DNA of 22,671 nt. It comes from Eledone cirrhosa. Taxonomy: Eukaryota. Position numbers and translations under genes: made by a program. The stretch covers positions 1 through 22,671 of the forward strand of contig CAXHJY010000937.1 in the NCBI GenBank assembly GCA_964016885.1, written 5' to 3'. Positions 1 through 11,510 of the stretch are shown one piece after another (positions within the stretch are counted from its first letter, which is position 1; each line of letters begins with the position of its first letter). Under the pieces are notes generated by a model that was not told the origin of the DNA, ran no database searches, and was given only the letters and a program-made list of their open reading frames with translations.

Positions 1-29
1 AGTGTAGGGAAAAAAAAAAGACAGCGTTG

Positions 30-349
30 AGAGAGAGAGAGAGTGAGAGGGAAGGATGGAGAGAGAGAATGAGAGAGAAAGGAGAGAGAGGAAAGGATGG
101 AGAGAGAGAATGAGAGAGAAAGGAGAGAGAGGAAAGGATGGAGAGAGAGAATGAGAGAGAGAGGGGAGAGAGAGAGAGGGTAAAGGATGGAGAGAGAGTG
201 AGAGAGAGAGAGAGGAAAGGATGGAGAGAGAGAGAAAGAGAGAGAGCGAAAGAGAGAGAGAGAGGAAAGGATGGAGAGAGAGTGAGAGAGAGAGAGAGGA
301 AAGAATGGAGAGAGAGTGAGAGAGAGGAGAGAGAGAGAAGAGAGAGAGA

Positions 350-389
<40 letters not shown>

Positions 390-577
390 AGAGGGGATAG
401 ATAGGAAAAGAGAGAGTGACAGAGAGAGGAAGAAGAGATAGGAAATTAGAGTGAGAGAGAGGGAATGAAGGAGGGAGAGAGAGGGAGAGAGGCAGGGAGA
501 GTGAGAGAGAGAGGGAATAGATAGGAAAAGAGAGAGTGAGATAGAGAGAGGGAGAGAGAGAGAGGAAGAGAGAGAAA
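30..577. repeat. Compound (GA)n purine-rich microsatellite with recurring GAAAGGATGGAGAGAG sub-unit
   Basis: Almost pure A/G strand; GAAAGGATGG recurs several times between (GA)n runs. Confidence 0.95.
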
Positions 578-600
578 GATTATATTTTGTTTCTTTTAAG

Positions 601-636
601 AAATTTTCCTCTATTTCATACTTGACTGGTTGACTG
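601..636 (+). CDS. Candidate 36-bp internal exon (phase 1 to 1), IFLYFILDWLT
   Basis: TTTTGTTTCTTTTAAG acceptor ending at 600 and CTG|GTAAAT donor at 637. Only one frame is open, and it is phase-compatible with the exon at 1570. No homology evidence. Confidence 0.2.
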
Positions 637-675
637 GTAAATGGTGGCTGTACACTTTATTAATGTGACCAGCAG

Positions 676-677
<2 letters not shown>

Positions 678-718
<41 letters not shown>

Positions 719-925
719 CACCATCATCTCTATCATCATTACTATCATCATAATCATCGCTACCATCATCACTACCACCACCACTACCATCATCATCATT
801 TTCATCATCATTACCATCACGACCGTCATCACATCATCATCATCACTATCACCATTATTACCATCATCAGCAGCATCCTATGTAACACTACCATCATCAT
901 CATCATCATCATCTTCTTCACCACC
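678..925. repeat. (CAG)n then degenerate (CAT/CAC)n trinucleotide microsatellite
   Basis: Direct reading of the sequence. Confidence 0.95.
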
Positions 926-936
926 GCAGCACAGTT

Positions 937-1073
937 ACGTCCCTTTACGGACTGAGTTCAAATCCCGCCGAGGTTAACTTTGCCTTTCATCCTTACGGGG
1001 GTCGATAAAATAAAGTACCAGTAATACACTGGAGTAATTGCTGGCCTTGTGCCAAAAGTAGAAACAATTATTA
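937..1073 (+). mobile_element. tRNA-type SINE, 5'-truncated copy
   Basis: B-box-like GAGTTCAAATCC, core TTTGCCTTTCATCCTTACGGGGGTCGATAAAATAAAGTACCAG, and 3' end GGCCTTGTGCCAAAAGTAGAAACAATTATT shared with several other copies in the window. Confidence 0.85.
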
Positions 1074-1075
1074 CA

Positions 1076-1268
1076 GTGGATTGGCAGTATCGGTAGAGGG
1101 TCGGACGCCATGCTTTGACGCATAGAGTTACGGCCCTTGCCATTCTGAGTTCAAATCCCGCCGAGGTTAACTTTGCCTTTCATCCTTACGGGGGTCGATA
1201 AAATAAAAGTACCAGTAATACACTGGGTTATTGTTGGCCTTGTGCCAAAAAATAGAAACAATTATTAC
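1076..1268 (+). mobile_element. tRNA-type SINE, near full length, head-to-tail with the previous copy
   Basis: A-box-like TGGCAGTATCGG, B-box-like GAGTTCAAATCC, and the same core and ATTATT tail. Confidence 0.85.
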
Positions 1269-1569
1269 CATCATTACACCATCATCATCATCATCTTCAC
1301 CACCATTATTACCATCATTACAGCATCGTCATCATCATCATCATCATCAACATCATCATCATCATTATCAATACCATTACAAATTATGAGGCGGACACTC
1401 CAGCCATCTCTGCTACCAATTATCATCATCATCATCAACATCATTACCGACATAGTCTAAATCATTGCTGTTTTGTTGTTGTTGTTGTTGCTGCTGCTGC
1501 TGTTGTTGTTGCTATTCTTTTTGTCGTCACAATATAATAAAAGTATGTTTATTTTACCGAATTCTTCAG

Positions 1570-1703
1570 GTGAATCTACCTCCAGCAATGTCGCACCTGG
1601 ACTAATCAACCACAGGTGTCTAAGTCAATATTGTCATATATCAAGTTATAGTGTCATCGATAACTTTTTAACATCCTATAACGAGATAGCAGAAAATATC
1701 TAG
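1570..1703 (+). CDS. Candidate terminal exon (phase 1): GESTSSNVAPGLINHRCLSQYCHISSYSVIDNFLTSYNEIAENI*
   Basis: TTTATTTTACCGAATTCTTCAG|G acceptor at 1569/1570, followed by non-repetitive sequence open for 44 codons to TAG. The phase-0 alternative is VNLPPAMSHLD*. Confidence 0.3.
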
Positions 1704-1747
1704 AAAAATGTTTCTAAATTCCAATGTTTATAGTAAAAACTTTAATG

Positions 1748-2985
1748 TTTAATGTGATGTCATAGTTTTTTGTTTTATACTAAATGTTTATAGTATCTTT
1801 ACTAGTGGACAGATTGTTGTGAAAATGTGCAGTATTACAGTAAAGACTTTCATATTTAATGTGATGTAGTCATAGTGATGTTTTATACTAAATGTTTATA
1901 GTATCTTTACTAGTGGACAGATTGTTGTAAAAGTTTGTAGTTTTACAGTAAAGACTTTCATATTTAATGTGATGTAGTCATAGTGATGTTTTATACTAAA
2001 TGTTTATAGTATCTTTACTAGTGGACAGATTGTTGTAAAAGTTTGTAGTTTTACAGTAAAGACTTTCATATTTAATGTGATGTAGTCATAGTGATGTTTT
2101 ATACTAAATGTTTATAGTATCTTTACTAGTGGACAGATTGTTGTAAAAGTTTGTAGTTTTACAGTAAAGACTTTCATATTTAATGTGATGTAGTCATAGT
2201 GATGTTTTATACTAAATGTTTATAGTATCTTTACTAGTGGACAGATTGTTGTAAAAGTTTGTAGTTTTACAGTAAAGACTTTCATATTTAATGTGATGTA
2301 GTCATAGTGATGTTTTATACTAAATGGTTATAGTACCTTTACTAGTGGACAGATTGTTGTAAAAGTTTACAGTATTACAGTAAAGACTTTCATATTTAAT
2401 GTGATTAGTCATAGTGATGTTTTATACTAAATGTTTATAGTATCTTTACTAGTGGACAGATTGTTGTGAAAATGTGCAGTTTTACAGTAAAGACTTTCAT
2501 ATTTAATGTGATGTAGTCATAGTGATGTTTTATACTAAATGGTTATAGTACCTTTACTAGTGGAGAGATTGTTGTAAAAGTTTACAGAATTACAGTAAAG
2601 ACTTTCATATTTAATGTGATGTAGTCATAGTGATGTTTTATACTAAATGTTTATAGTATCTTTACTGGTGGACAGATTGTTGTAAAAGTTTACAGAATTA
2701 CAGTAAAGACTTTCATATTTAATGTGATGTAGTCATAGTGATGTTTTATACTAAATGTTTATAGTATCTTTACTGGTGGACAGATTGTTGTAAAAGTTTA
2801 CAGAATTACAGTAAAGACTTTCATATTTAATGTGATGTAGTCATAGTGATGTTTTATACTAAATGTTTATAGTACCTTCACTAGTGAACAGATTGTTGTA
2901 AAAGTTTGCAGTATTATAATAAAGACTTGAATAATATTTTATTTGATGCAATCATGGTGCTGTTTTGTATTAAACATTTACAGTA
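1748..2985. repeat. 108-bp minisatellite, about 11.5 copies
   Basis: GTGATGTAGT recurs at 1861, 1969, 2077 and onward (period 108; one unit is 107). First and last units are diverged. Confidence 0.95.
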
Positions 2986-3039
2986 TCAGCCTATGAACTG
3001 ATCAGGCTATTAAAGTTTCAGCTGAATCTCATACATAAA

Positions 3040-3452
3040 AAGATGTCCTTTTAAAACCAAGATGTACTTTAAAAATAAGCTGTACATTAAAAACAAGATA
3101 TTTTTAAAAGAATCTGTATTTGAAAACCAAGATGCACTTTAAAACGAAGACGTACTTTAAAACCAAGATGTACTTTAAAAATAAGCTGTACATTAAAAAC
3201 AAGACATTTTTAAAAGAATCTGTATTTGAAAACCAAGATGCACTTTAAAACGAAGACGTACTTTAAAAGCAAGATGTACTTTAAAAATCAAGACATACTT
3301 TAAAATGATGTACTTTAAAACCAAGGCGCACTTTAAAAAGACGTACTTTAAAACTAAGGCGCACTTTAAAAAGATGTATTTTAAAAACAAAACATACTTT
3401 TAAAAGATGTACTTTAAAACCAAGGCGCACTTTCAAAAGAAGTCCTTTAAAA
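3040..3452. repeat. ~21-bp minisatellite (AAAACCAAGATGTACTTTAA-like) with a 106-bp higher-order duplication
   Basis: ATAAGCTGTAC at 3075 and 3181; repeated AAGATGTACTTTAAAA monomers. Confidence 0.9.
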
Positions 3453-3459
3453 CATACTT

Positions 3460-4575
3460 ATAAACATACATATATATCACATACACACACATACATTCAC
3501 ATACACACACATATATATTCACATACACACATATATATATATATATTCAGATACACACACATATATATATTCACACACATATATTCACATACACACACAT
3601 ATATATTCAGATACACACACACATATATATATTCACATATAAACACATATATATTCACATACACACACACATATATATTCACATACACAGACGTATATAT
3701 TCACATACACACACATATATATATTCACATACACACACATATATGTTTACACACATATATTCACATACAGACACATATATATTCAGATACACACACATAT
3801 ATTCACATACACACACATACATACACACACACACACATACACACACACACACTTAATTGCAGTGTTTATAAAGCATTCATTGGTTCAAGTATTTCTCCAG
3901 TGTACTTGGAGTGTAACGGGTGGAGGCGGGAGGGTCGTGGTTGGAATGGTGAGGGTCGTGGTTGGAATGGTGTAATTTGAGTATTGATTAATGTATAGAA
4001 TAAAGGCAACCAGATGAATACACACACATACACACATACACACATACACACATACATATACATATACATATATATATATACACATACATACACATATACA
4101 CATACATGCATATACATATACATATATATACACATACATACACATATACACACATACATACATATACATATACATATACATACACATACATACATACACA
4201 TATACACATACACACACATACATATACATATACATATATATATACATACATACATACACATATACACACACATACATTCATATACATATACATATATATA
4301 TATACATACATACACATATACACATACACACACATAAATATATACACCTACATACATACACATATACACATACACACACATATATACATATACACATACA
4401 TACATATACATACACATATACACATACATATACATACATATACATATACATACACATACATACATACATACATATACATACATACATATACATATACATA
4501 CACATACATACATACACATATACACATACACATATACACATACATATACATTCACATACATACACACATGCACAC
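3460..4575. repeat. Two degenerate (CA/TA)n microsatellite fields separated by a unique island at about 3853-4016
   Basis: Direct reading. The island contains a 21-bp tandem duplication GAGGGTCGTGGTTGGAATGGT. Confidence 0.9.
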
Positions 4576-4626
4576 TAATTCAGTCATGAACGTGAGACGG
4601 ATTGTGAGATCGCGTTTATCGAAAGA

Positions 4627-4745
4627 AATGAAACAGTTCTAGTCTTGTAGGAGCCATTTCTATATTAAACTTCATGTTTACACTCAACTAATGTATTAAG
4701 TACCTCACTTACTGTGGTCCCCCACTCCGATTGAACCTGAGGCTC
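4627..4745 (+). mobile_element. Fragment of dispersed Penelope-like repeat family B
   Basis: AATGAAACAGTTCTAGTCTTGTAGGAGCCATTTCTATATTAAA...CTAATGTATTAAGTACC...CTGTGGT...CGATTGAACCTG matches copies at 12.8, 13.9 and 14.2 kb. Confidence 0.7.
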
Positions 4746-4877
4746 GCACACGTACAGACACACACACACGTACAGACACACACACACACACATTATATAT
4801 ATATATATACGTGCAAAAGGTTCAGTAAGACCGAAGAAAACTGGTGAGAGTACTAGAGTCGTCACTCGATGCAGAGT

Positions 4878-5125
4878 GTATATAATAACAAAGAGGAGAC
4901 TTTACATTGGAGATTTATTGTTCAACCTGGTTACAAATGTTTCCCAGACAGACGACTCGTGATCTGGGGTTATCCCAGACCAGACTCCAAGCCTGCCTAA
5001 TCTTCAGACTAGTGTTAACACAACAATGACCCCAGATCACGAGCCGGCTGCCTGGGAGACTTTTGTAACTGTGTTGAGCAATGAATTTCATATGTAACAC
5101 CTCCACTTTGTTCTTATTATTATAT
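4878..5125. mobile_element. Inverted duplication of a Penelope-like terminal repeat (family A); arms about 4878-4973 and 5026-5125
   Basis: The reverse complement of the left arm (ATAACCCCAGATCACGAGTCGTCTGTCTGGGAAACATTTGTAACC...) aligns with the right arm (ATGACCCCAGATCACGAGCCGGCTGCCTGGGAGACTTTTGTAACT...). Contains a hammerhead motif. Confidence 0.7.
4924..5016 (-). ncRNA. Type I hammerhead ribozyme
   Basis: Minus strand: CTAGT-CTGAAGA-helix II (TTAGGCAGGC/GTCTGTCTGG, with G-U pairs)-GAAA-CATTTG-TA-ACCAG. GUA triplet; helix I has one mismatch. Confidence 0.75.
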
Positions 5126-5508
5126 ATATATATATAGAATATATAGACATATCTGAGGATCTTGCGATTTCAGAGTCAGGTTTAATCATTGCATCGATCG
5201 TGCCTCGAGCTGGTCGCCAGAGAAACGATTGTAATATGTCTAATAATTCTTATTCGTCGCACCACTGATTCTCCGTTTCTTATGTGATATTATACTCTGC
5301 TCTGTAAGAGCATCGAGTGCTCAAACGGCATACCGCTTACGGACGATTTAAGCATCGCACACCAATCATATATATATATTAGGGAGAGATGGACTCCAAC
5401 AGGCTTTAAATACCCAAGAAATGCTACTACAATTTCATCAGGAGTTACGGGACCATACCATATCATACATACATAGATACATATAAACATACTTACATAC
5501 ATACATAC

Positions 5509-6020
5509 ATGGTGGCTGCCAACTCGTTTTCGAGTACGGCCACTACTTTATATCGATGTAGGAGAACCCCTACCGATGCGCTGAACAAGTGTGACGTTTT
5601 AGTCCAGCTAGCGACTTGAAAACTCTGGTACAAACACTACACTTGTGACAATTATTGACACATAGTGCTGGGCCCATGGTACCATGTGACGACAAGTGCA
5701 GAGAGATCTCCAGATATAAAGCAATGCCTGTACGGTGAAGCTTTTATAATGAGCAAAGGCACTGCACAAAGCCAGTCCCGCTCTCTTAACCAAGATGATA
5801 TTTACCAAAAAGAAGAACAAGTCAACATCATTGGATACCATCAGAGTTGCGGGTGTTATATCAGAGTTTTCCTTCTCCTAGAATTTTGCCTTGACAAAGG
5901 CTAAGGGGTCATCCCTCCCGGTGATTTTGGATGGCCATTGACTCTTAAGAGCTCCTTTGCTCTTTGACAGGTTTTGTTTTTAGTCCTGCAGGATGTCCAA
6001 AGTCACCAAGGTTTCTTGGG
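5509..6020 (-). mobile_element. Non-autonomous retroelement, probably RTE-LINE derived, copy 1, with (ATGT)n 3' tail
   Basis: 5509-5952 is closely similar to 11511-11922. The minus strand carries TTAGCCTT...AAGGCAA...TCTAGGAGAAGGAAAACTCTGA, which I recall as an RTE-clade 5'-UTR motif, and ends in a tetranucleotide tail. Confidence 0.65.
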
Positions 6021-6149
6021 GAGAGAGAGAGACAGAGAGAGAGGGAGATTGATAGAGAGAGAGAGAAAGAGACAGGGACAGGGAGAGGGAGACAGAGAGA
6101 GACCCAGAGAGAGAGAGAGAGTAAGAAAGATATATAATGGGAATATCGA

Positions 6150-6633
6150 CCGCAATATTTGAGTGCTACTTTATTTATCGACCTCAAAATATGTAAAAGC
6201 TAAACTGACCCTGGCAGGATCCTAATTCAGACCGCAGAATGCCGAAAGAGTATAATGAGAATATCAACTCCAGTATTTTACTTTATTTATCGTCCTCAAA
6301 AGATGAACAGCTAAACTAACCTTGTCGGGATCCGAACTCAGACGACATAAAACCTATAGAATAATTGTTTCTACTTTAGGCACAAGGCCAGCAATTACCA
6401 GTGCATTACTGGTGCTTTATTTTATCGACCCCGTAAGGATTATTTTATCGACCCCGTAAGGATGAAAGGCAAAGTCAACCTCGGCGGGATTTGAACTCAG
6501 ATGGTAAAGGGACGTAACTATGCTGGAAAGCATGGCGTCCGACCCTCTACCGATACTGCCAATCCACCGCCCTATAGAATAATGCCAAGTATTTTATCCG
6601 ACATTTTAACGAACGACTCTCACAATTCGACGC
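6150..6633 (-). mobile_element. Two old, diverged SINE copies (about 6150-6250 and 6270-6633); the second is interrupted by a younger SINE
   Basis: Degenerate TACTTTATTTATCGACC...AAAGCTAAACTGACC...GGATCCGAACTCAGA motifs. The remainder of the old copy resumes after 6583. Confidence 0.65.
6361..6570 (-). mobile_element. Young full-length SINE with 13-bp target-site duplication and an internal 22-bp tandem duplication
   Basis: CCTATAGAATAAT at 6353-6365 and 6571-6583 (the left copy overlaps the tail). TATTTTATCGACCCCGTAAGGA occurs twice in tandem. Confidence 0.9.
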
Positions 6634-6914
6634 CATGTTGCCTCGTGTTTATACATTTTATATCTTTTTTGCCACAACTTTCCACAGCCAAGCTAGATAT
6701 GTGAATCTGTGCTGTAAATATTTAAACAAATCTAAACTTATTTTTGACAATGTTTTTTTATATTTTATCAGATTTTAAGTTAAAGACGGTGTAAAAACAT
6801 AAGAAATATCCACAATTTTAATAACTTAATAGCAAACACAGTCTTGTAAACTTGTGAAATATGTATAATGGTGAGCAGAACAGTGAAATAGAAAAACAAT
6901 AGGTGTGTAGATGT

Positions 6915-6916
6915 AC

Positions 6917-6961
<45 letters not shown>

Positions 6962-6969
6962 CACACACC

Positions 6970-7001
<32 letters not shown>

Positions 7002-7058
7002 GATGTACGTGTGTGTATATATATACATATATATATATATATACGCACATCCATACAC

Positions 7059-7116
<58 letters not shown>

Positions 7117-7117
7117 G

Positions 7118-7174
<57 letters not shown>

Positions 7175-7246
7175 ATATATATTTATTTAGATATATATAT
7201 ATATATATTTAGATATATATATAAATAGATAGATAGAGATAGATAA

Positions 7247-7303
<57 letters not shown>

Positions 7304-7415
7304 TCTGTCTGTGTGTAAAAAATAAACAGAAATAACAAAGTAAACGACACAGTACAATGAAAAAATATCTTAGTTTAACGCTATATATATATATATATAT
7401 ATAATATATATATAC

Positions 7416-7460
<45 letters not shown>

Positions 7461-7663
7461 AGGGAGGGAAAGCTACAGTCACATGCAGAGACACACACAA
7501 ACAAACACACATAAATGTTTGTGTGTATGTGTAAGTATACACACACACACAGATGTGTGTGTGTGTGTTTGTCTTTTTCTTATTCCAGCCCCTTTTCATA
7601 AGTAATCCGTTAAGTGCTCAAGAACATTTTCAACAGTTTCTTTGGGTGTGTATGTGTGTGTGT

Positions 7664-7714
<51 letters not shown>

Positions 7715-7961
7715 CTTGCGTGTGTGTGCGTGTGTGTGTGTGTGTGTGCGTGTGAGTGTGTATGTGCGTGTGTGTCCGTGTATGTACGTGTGTGTGTGCG
7801 TGCGTGTGTGTCCGTGTATGTACGTGTGCGTGTGCGTGCGTGTGTGTGCGTGCGTTTATGTGTGCGCGTGTATGTATGTGTGTGTGTGTGTGTGCGTGTG
7901 TGTGTGTTTTATTCATGTAAAAATAATGTCTAATTATTTATTGGGCTGCAACTAATGCTGC

Positions 7962-7995
<34 letters not shown>

Positions 7996-8226
7996 GATGA
8001 TGATGATGATGATGATTGTGGTGGTGATGGTGGTGATGGCGATGACGACGACAATGACGATGATAAAGATGATGATGATGAGGAGGAAAATGATGACAAT
8101 GACGACGATGACGATGGCGGCAATGATAATAATAATGATGACGATGACGATGATGATGAAAGCGATGACAATGACGACGACAATGATGCCGATGATAATG
8201 ATGATGACAATGATGATGATGATGAC
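6915..8226. repeat. Field of (TA)n, (GA)n, (TG)n and (GAT)n microsatellites with short unique islands
   Basis: Direct reading. Confidence 0.9.
7589..7645 (+). CDS. Candidate 57-bp exon (phase 0 to 0), [19 protein letters not shown]
   Basis: GTCTTTTTCTTATTCCAG acceptor and TGG|GTGTGT donor; single open frame; unique island between (TG)n tracts. Confidence 0.25.
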
Positions 8227-8298
8227 TATTATTCCTGCCAACATACGTTAGTGACTTCGAAGGGGATTGGTCTTTGTTTTTACTGGTTTAAGGTTTTG

Positions 8299-8700
8299 TT
8301 ATTTTACATTATTGTTAACTTTGCCTTTCACCCTTACGGGGTCGATAAAATAAAGTACCAGTAATGCACTGGGTAATTGCTGGCCTTGTGCCTAAAGTAG
8401 AAACAATTATTTTACATTATTGTTAACTTTGCCTTTCATCCTTACGGGGTCAATAAAATAAAGTACCAGTAATGCACTGGGTAATTGCTGGCCTTGTGCC
8501 TAAAGTAGAAACAATTATTTTACATTATTGTTAACTTTGCCTTTCATCCTTACGGGGTCGATAAAATAAAGTACCAGTAATGCACTGAGTAATTGCTGGC
8601 CTTGTGCCTAAAGTAGAAACAATTATTATTGTTAAAGTACCAGTAATGCACTGAGTAATTGCTGGCCTTGTGCCTAAAGTAGAAACAGTTATTTTCCATT
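8299..8700 (+). repeat. Tandem array of the SINE 3' half: three 108-bp units plus one internally deleted unit
   Basis: GTTAACTTTGCC at 8314, 8422 and 8530. The fourth unit joins GTTAA directly to AGTACCAG at about 8631. Confidence 0.9.
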
Positions 8701-8749
8701 ATTGTACTTTGTATTTGACTATGAACAGAGTGAACTGGTCATTCCATCT

Positions 8750-8954
8750 AGGGTGCCACGATTGAAAAAGGTTAAGGACCACTGTTCTATTAGTTAGCTA
8801 TAAAGGTATCTATCTTCTCTAATGTATAAACAGGCTCCGCTTTTCATTGTTATTTTCAGTGTTTAACAACCCGGGGTTGAAGTATTTGAAGGTAGACGGA
8901 AGGGACTTGTAAAAACTCATTTAACTCTAAGAGGTCCTTAGTAAAGAACCACTG
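8750..8954. mobile_element. hAT-type MITE relics: isolated right end (to 8785) and a ~98-bp degenerate element at 8857-8954
   Basis: AAAAAGGTTAAGGACCACTG and CAGTGTTTAACAAC...GTAAAGAACCACTG resemble CAGTGGTTCTCAAC-type hAT termini. Confidence 0.45.
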
Positions 8955-9349
8955 ATATACAGTACAGATATACATACACACGTGTGTATAATGTCTGTGT
9001 GTGTGTGGGTGGGGGGTGTCGGTGTGTCAGTGGTCGTCTGTGTGTATGTGTGTGGGTTTGTCAGTCTTTTGCCTGTGTGTCTGTACTCGTGTGTGTGTGT
9101 ATGTATGTGTGTGTGTCTGTATGTGTGTGTGTGTGTATGTGTTTGTGCACAAATGTCTATGAGCGTGTGTGTCTGTTGGTGTGTCAGTGCTCGTTTGTGC
9201 CTCTGTGTGTGTCAGTGTGTTGTATGTGTATGTATGTGTGTGTGTGTGTGTATGTGAAATGTTATATAAACAGTTGTATGTGAAAGGAACATGTGTGGTT
9301 GAGAGTACAGTGAAGTCGCGACGACGTTGAAATGGTTAGTTCCTTGTTG

Positions 9350-9436
<87 letters not shown>

Positions 9437-9491
9437 CTTTCTCTCTCTCTCTCTTTCACTCTCTCTCTCTATATATATACACACACACATA

Positions 9492-9562
<71 letters not shown>

Positions 9563-9587
9563 GAATATATATTCACAAACACTCATG

Positions 9588-9658
9588 CAGGGTGTCCCAA
9601 AAAATGTATACTCCTTCAACAGCTTTCTAATAAATGTGTGCATACATTTTTTGGGTAC

Positions 9659-9664
<6 letters not shown>
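9588..9664. mobile_element. Tc1/mariner-type MITE, 77 bp
   Basis: TIRs CAGGGTGTCCCAAAAAATGTAT / ATACATTTTTTGGG(T)ACACCCTA; flanks are TG and TA (expected TA TSD). Confidence 0.75.
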
Positions 9665-9698
<34 letters not shown>

Positions 9699-9702
9699 CG
9701 TG

Positions 9703-9798
<96 letters not shown>

Positions 9799-10044
9799 TA
9801 TATGTAGACATATATATATAGACATATATATATGCATATAAAATATTAAAAAAATAATGAATAAAACAATGAAACAGTTCCTTATATTAAACAAAAAAAG
9901 TTCATTATTTAACGATCGTTTCTAGGACATATATGTGTTAGAATTGGCATGCATATTCAAAAGATCTATGTACAAAATTATACAAAATTATACAAACTAT
10001 CAAATAGAATATACATACCAACACATACATATGCCGTCTTCAGA

Positions 10045-10232
10045 AATAATTGTTTCTACTTTTGGCACAAGGCCAGCAATTATCCAGTGCATTACTGGTA
10101 CTTTATTTTATCGACCCCGTAAGGATGAAAGGCAAAGTTAACCTCGGCGGGATTTGAACTCAAACCATAAAGGGACGTAACTCTTTGCTGCAAAGCATGG
10201 CGTCAGACCCTCTACCGATACTGCCAGTCCAC
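10045..10232 (-). mobile_element. tRNA-type SINE, near full length
   Basis: Reverse complement of the family seen at 1076-1268. Confidence 0.9.
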
Positions 10233-10686
10233 GAAGTATATTTATTGATAATAACAACAATTCAAAATTACAGGTCTGTTTGGGAACAGATTTTAAATAG
10301 ACCAATGAAATACATAAAAATACATCAAGAAAATACAGTTGTATGTGTATATATGCAAGTAACTTCGTTCACAGATATGCATAAAAATGTATGTTCACAT
10401 GCATACGCATGTCGAAAAAGTGTATGTAAATACAAAAATTCAGGGCTAATGTCTCTGTATGTTTATAATCCACAGACAAAATACACATACGTATACATAC
10501 ATATATACACTCATATATACACACATATACATACATTCGTACACACACACGCATATACATATAAACATACACATACCCACGAACACACACACACACACAT
10601 AGACACACACACACACACATACGTATATATTATTATTATAACTATATGGATATTGAGGCGCACACATAAACACGGCCACATACATA

Positions 10687-10726
<40 letters not shown>

Positions 10727-10773
10727 TATATATATATGTGTCTACATATATATATACATAGACACACACACAC

Positions 10774-10845
<72 letters not shown>

Positions 10846-11050
10846 TATATCCCTATGGTGTGTAGAATGTTTTAGAGTTGGGCTAGAGGAGAATGATGCA
10901 TTGATGATGTATTGATGTATATGTATATATGTATATATGTATATATATATATGTGTGTGTGTGTGTGCGTGTGCGTGTGTGTGTGTGTGTCACTGTGTCT
11001 CTGTATGTGTCCATGTGTCATTTAACCTCATTCTTGACATAACCACTCAG

Positions 11051-11108
11051 AGTTTTGGGTGGGGCAAATAGCAGCAATGCCTGTGGCAAAGTTGTTTGAG
11101 ATAGCAAG
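11051..11108 (+). CDS. Candidate 58-bp exon (phase 1 to 2), FWVGQIAAMPVAKLFEIA
   Basis: CACTCAG acceptor with a weak pyrimidine tract and AAG|GTAAAG donor; single open frame. Confidence 0.2.
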
Positions 11109-11374
11109 GTAAAGACTGATGTAATATATATACTGTGTCTGTCTGTGTGTATATATGTTGCCTAACCTGATTAGTTCCTTCGTTGTTTTTGGTATTGTAT
11201 GGTTGGGTTTTGCCTACCGCAATTTTCAATTTGTCAAGCTATCTAAACCTAATGTTATTACTCTAAGGACCTACCCTTATTGAGTGCTTTGCTACTCATT
11301 CCTTATTGTAGGTCGGCTTTGCTTGGCCACAGCCAAAGCTTCGATTTTACTAAGCTTCCACTTGTATATATATT

Positions 11375-11424
11375 CATTCCTGACGATTTTATATGAATAA
11401 AACAGTTTTAGTCCTGTGGAAGTG
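11375..11424 (+). mobile_element. Family B Penelope-like fragment with decayed hammerhead
   Basis: TTC-CTGACGA-TTTTATATGAAT-AAAA-CAG TTTTAGTC CTG-TG-GAAG; the GAAA box and cleavage triplet are mutated. Confidence 0.6.
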
Positions 11425-11510
11425 TTATACGTACGTAGATATATACATACAAACACATATACATACATACATACATACATACATACATACATACATACAT
11501 ACATACATAC

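Noticed and set aside
1076-1170. tRNA gene suggested by A and B boxes
   Set aside because: No cloverleaf, and the boxes belong to a multi-copy SINE head.
5302-5340. Hammerhead-like CTGTAAGAGCA-TCGAG-TGCTC-AAA-CGG-CATA-CCG
   Set aside because: The helices are present, but both core boxes and the UH site deviate; at best a dead relic.
5405-5450. CTGATGA on the - strand followed by a short stem
   Set aside because: No GAAA or helix III follows.
5608-5904. 77-79 aa ORFs repeated at 11572-11874
   Set aside because: They lie within the duplicated retroelement, start at non-ATG or internal codons, and show no recognisable motifs.
1748-8700. Identical 108-bp period in two arrays
   Set aside because: The unit sequences are unrelated; treated as coincidence.
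9274-9334. Island ending in an ATG|GTTAGT donor
   Set aside because: The acceptor is weak and all three frames contain stops; not supportable as CDS.
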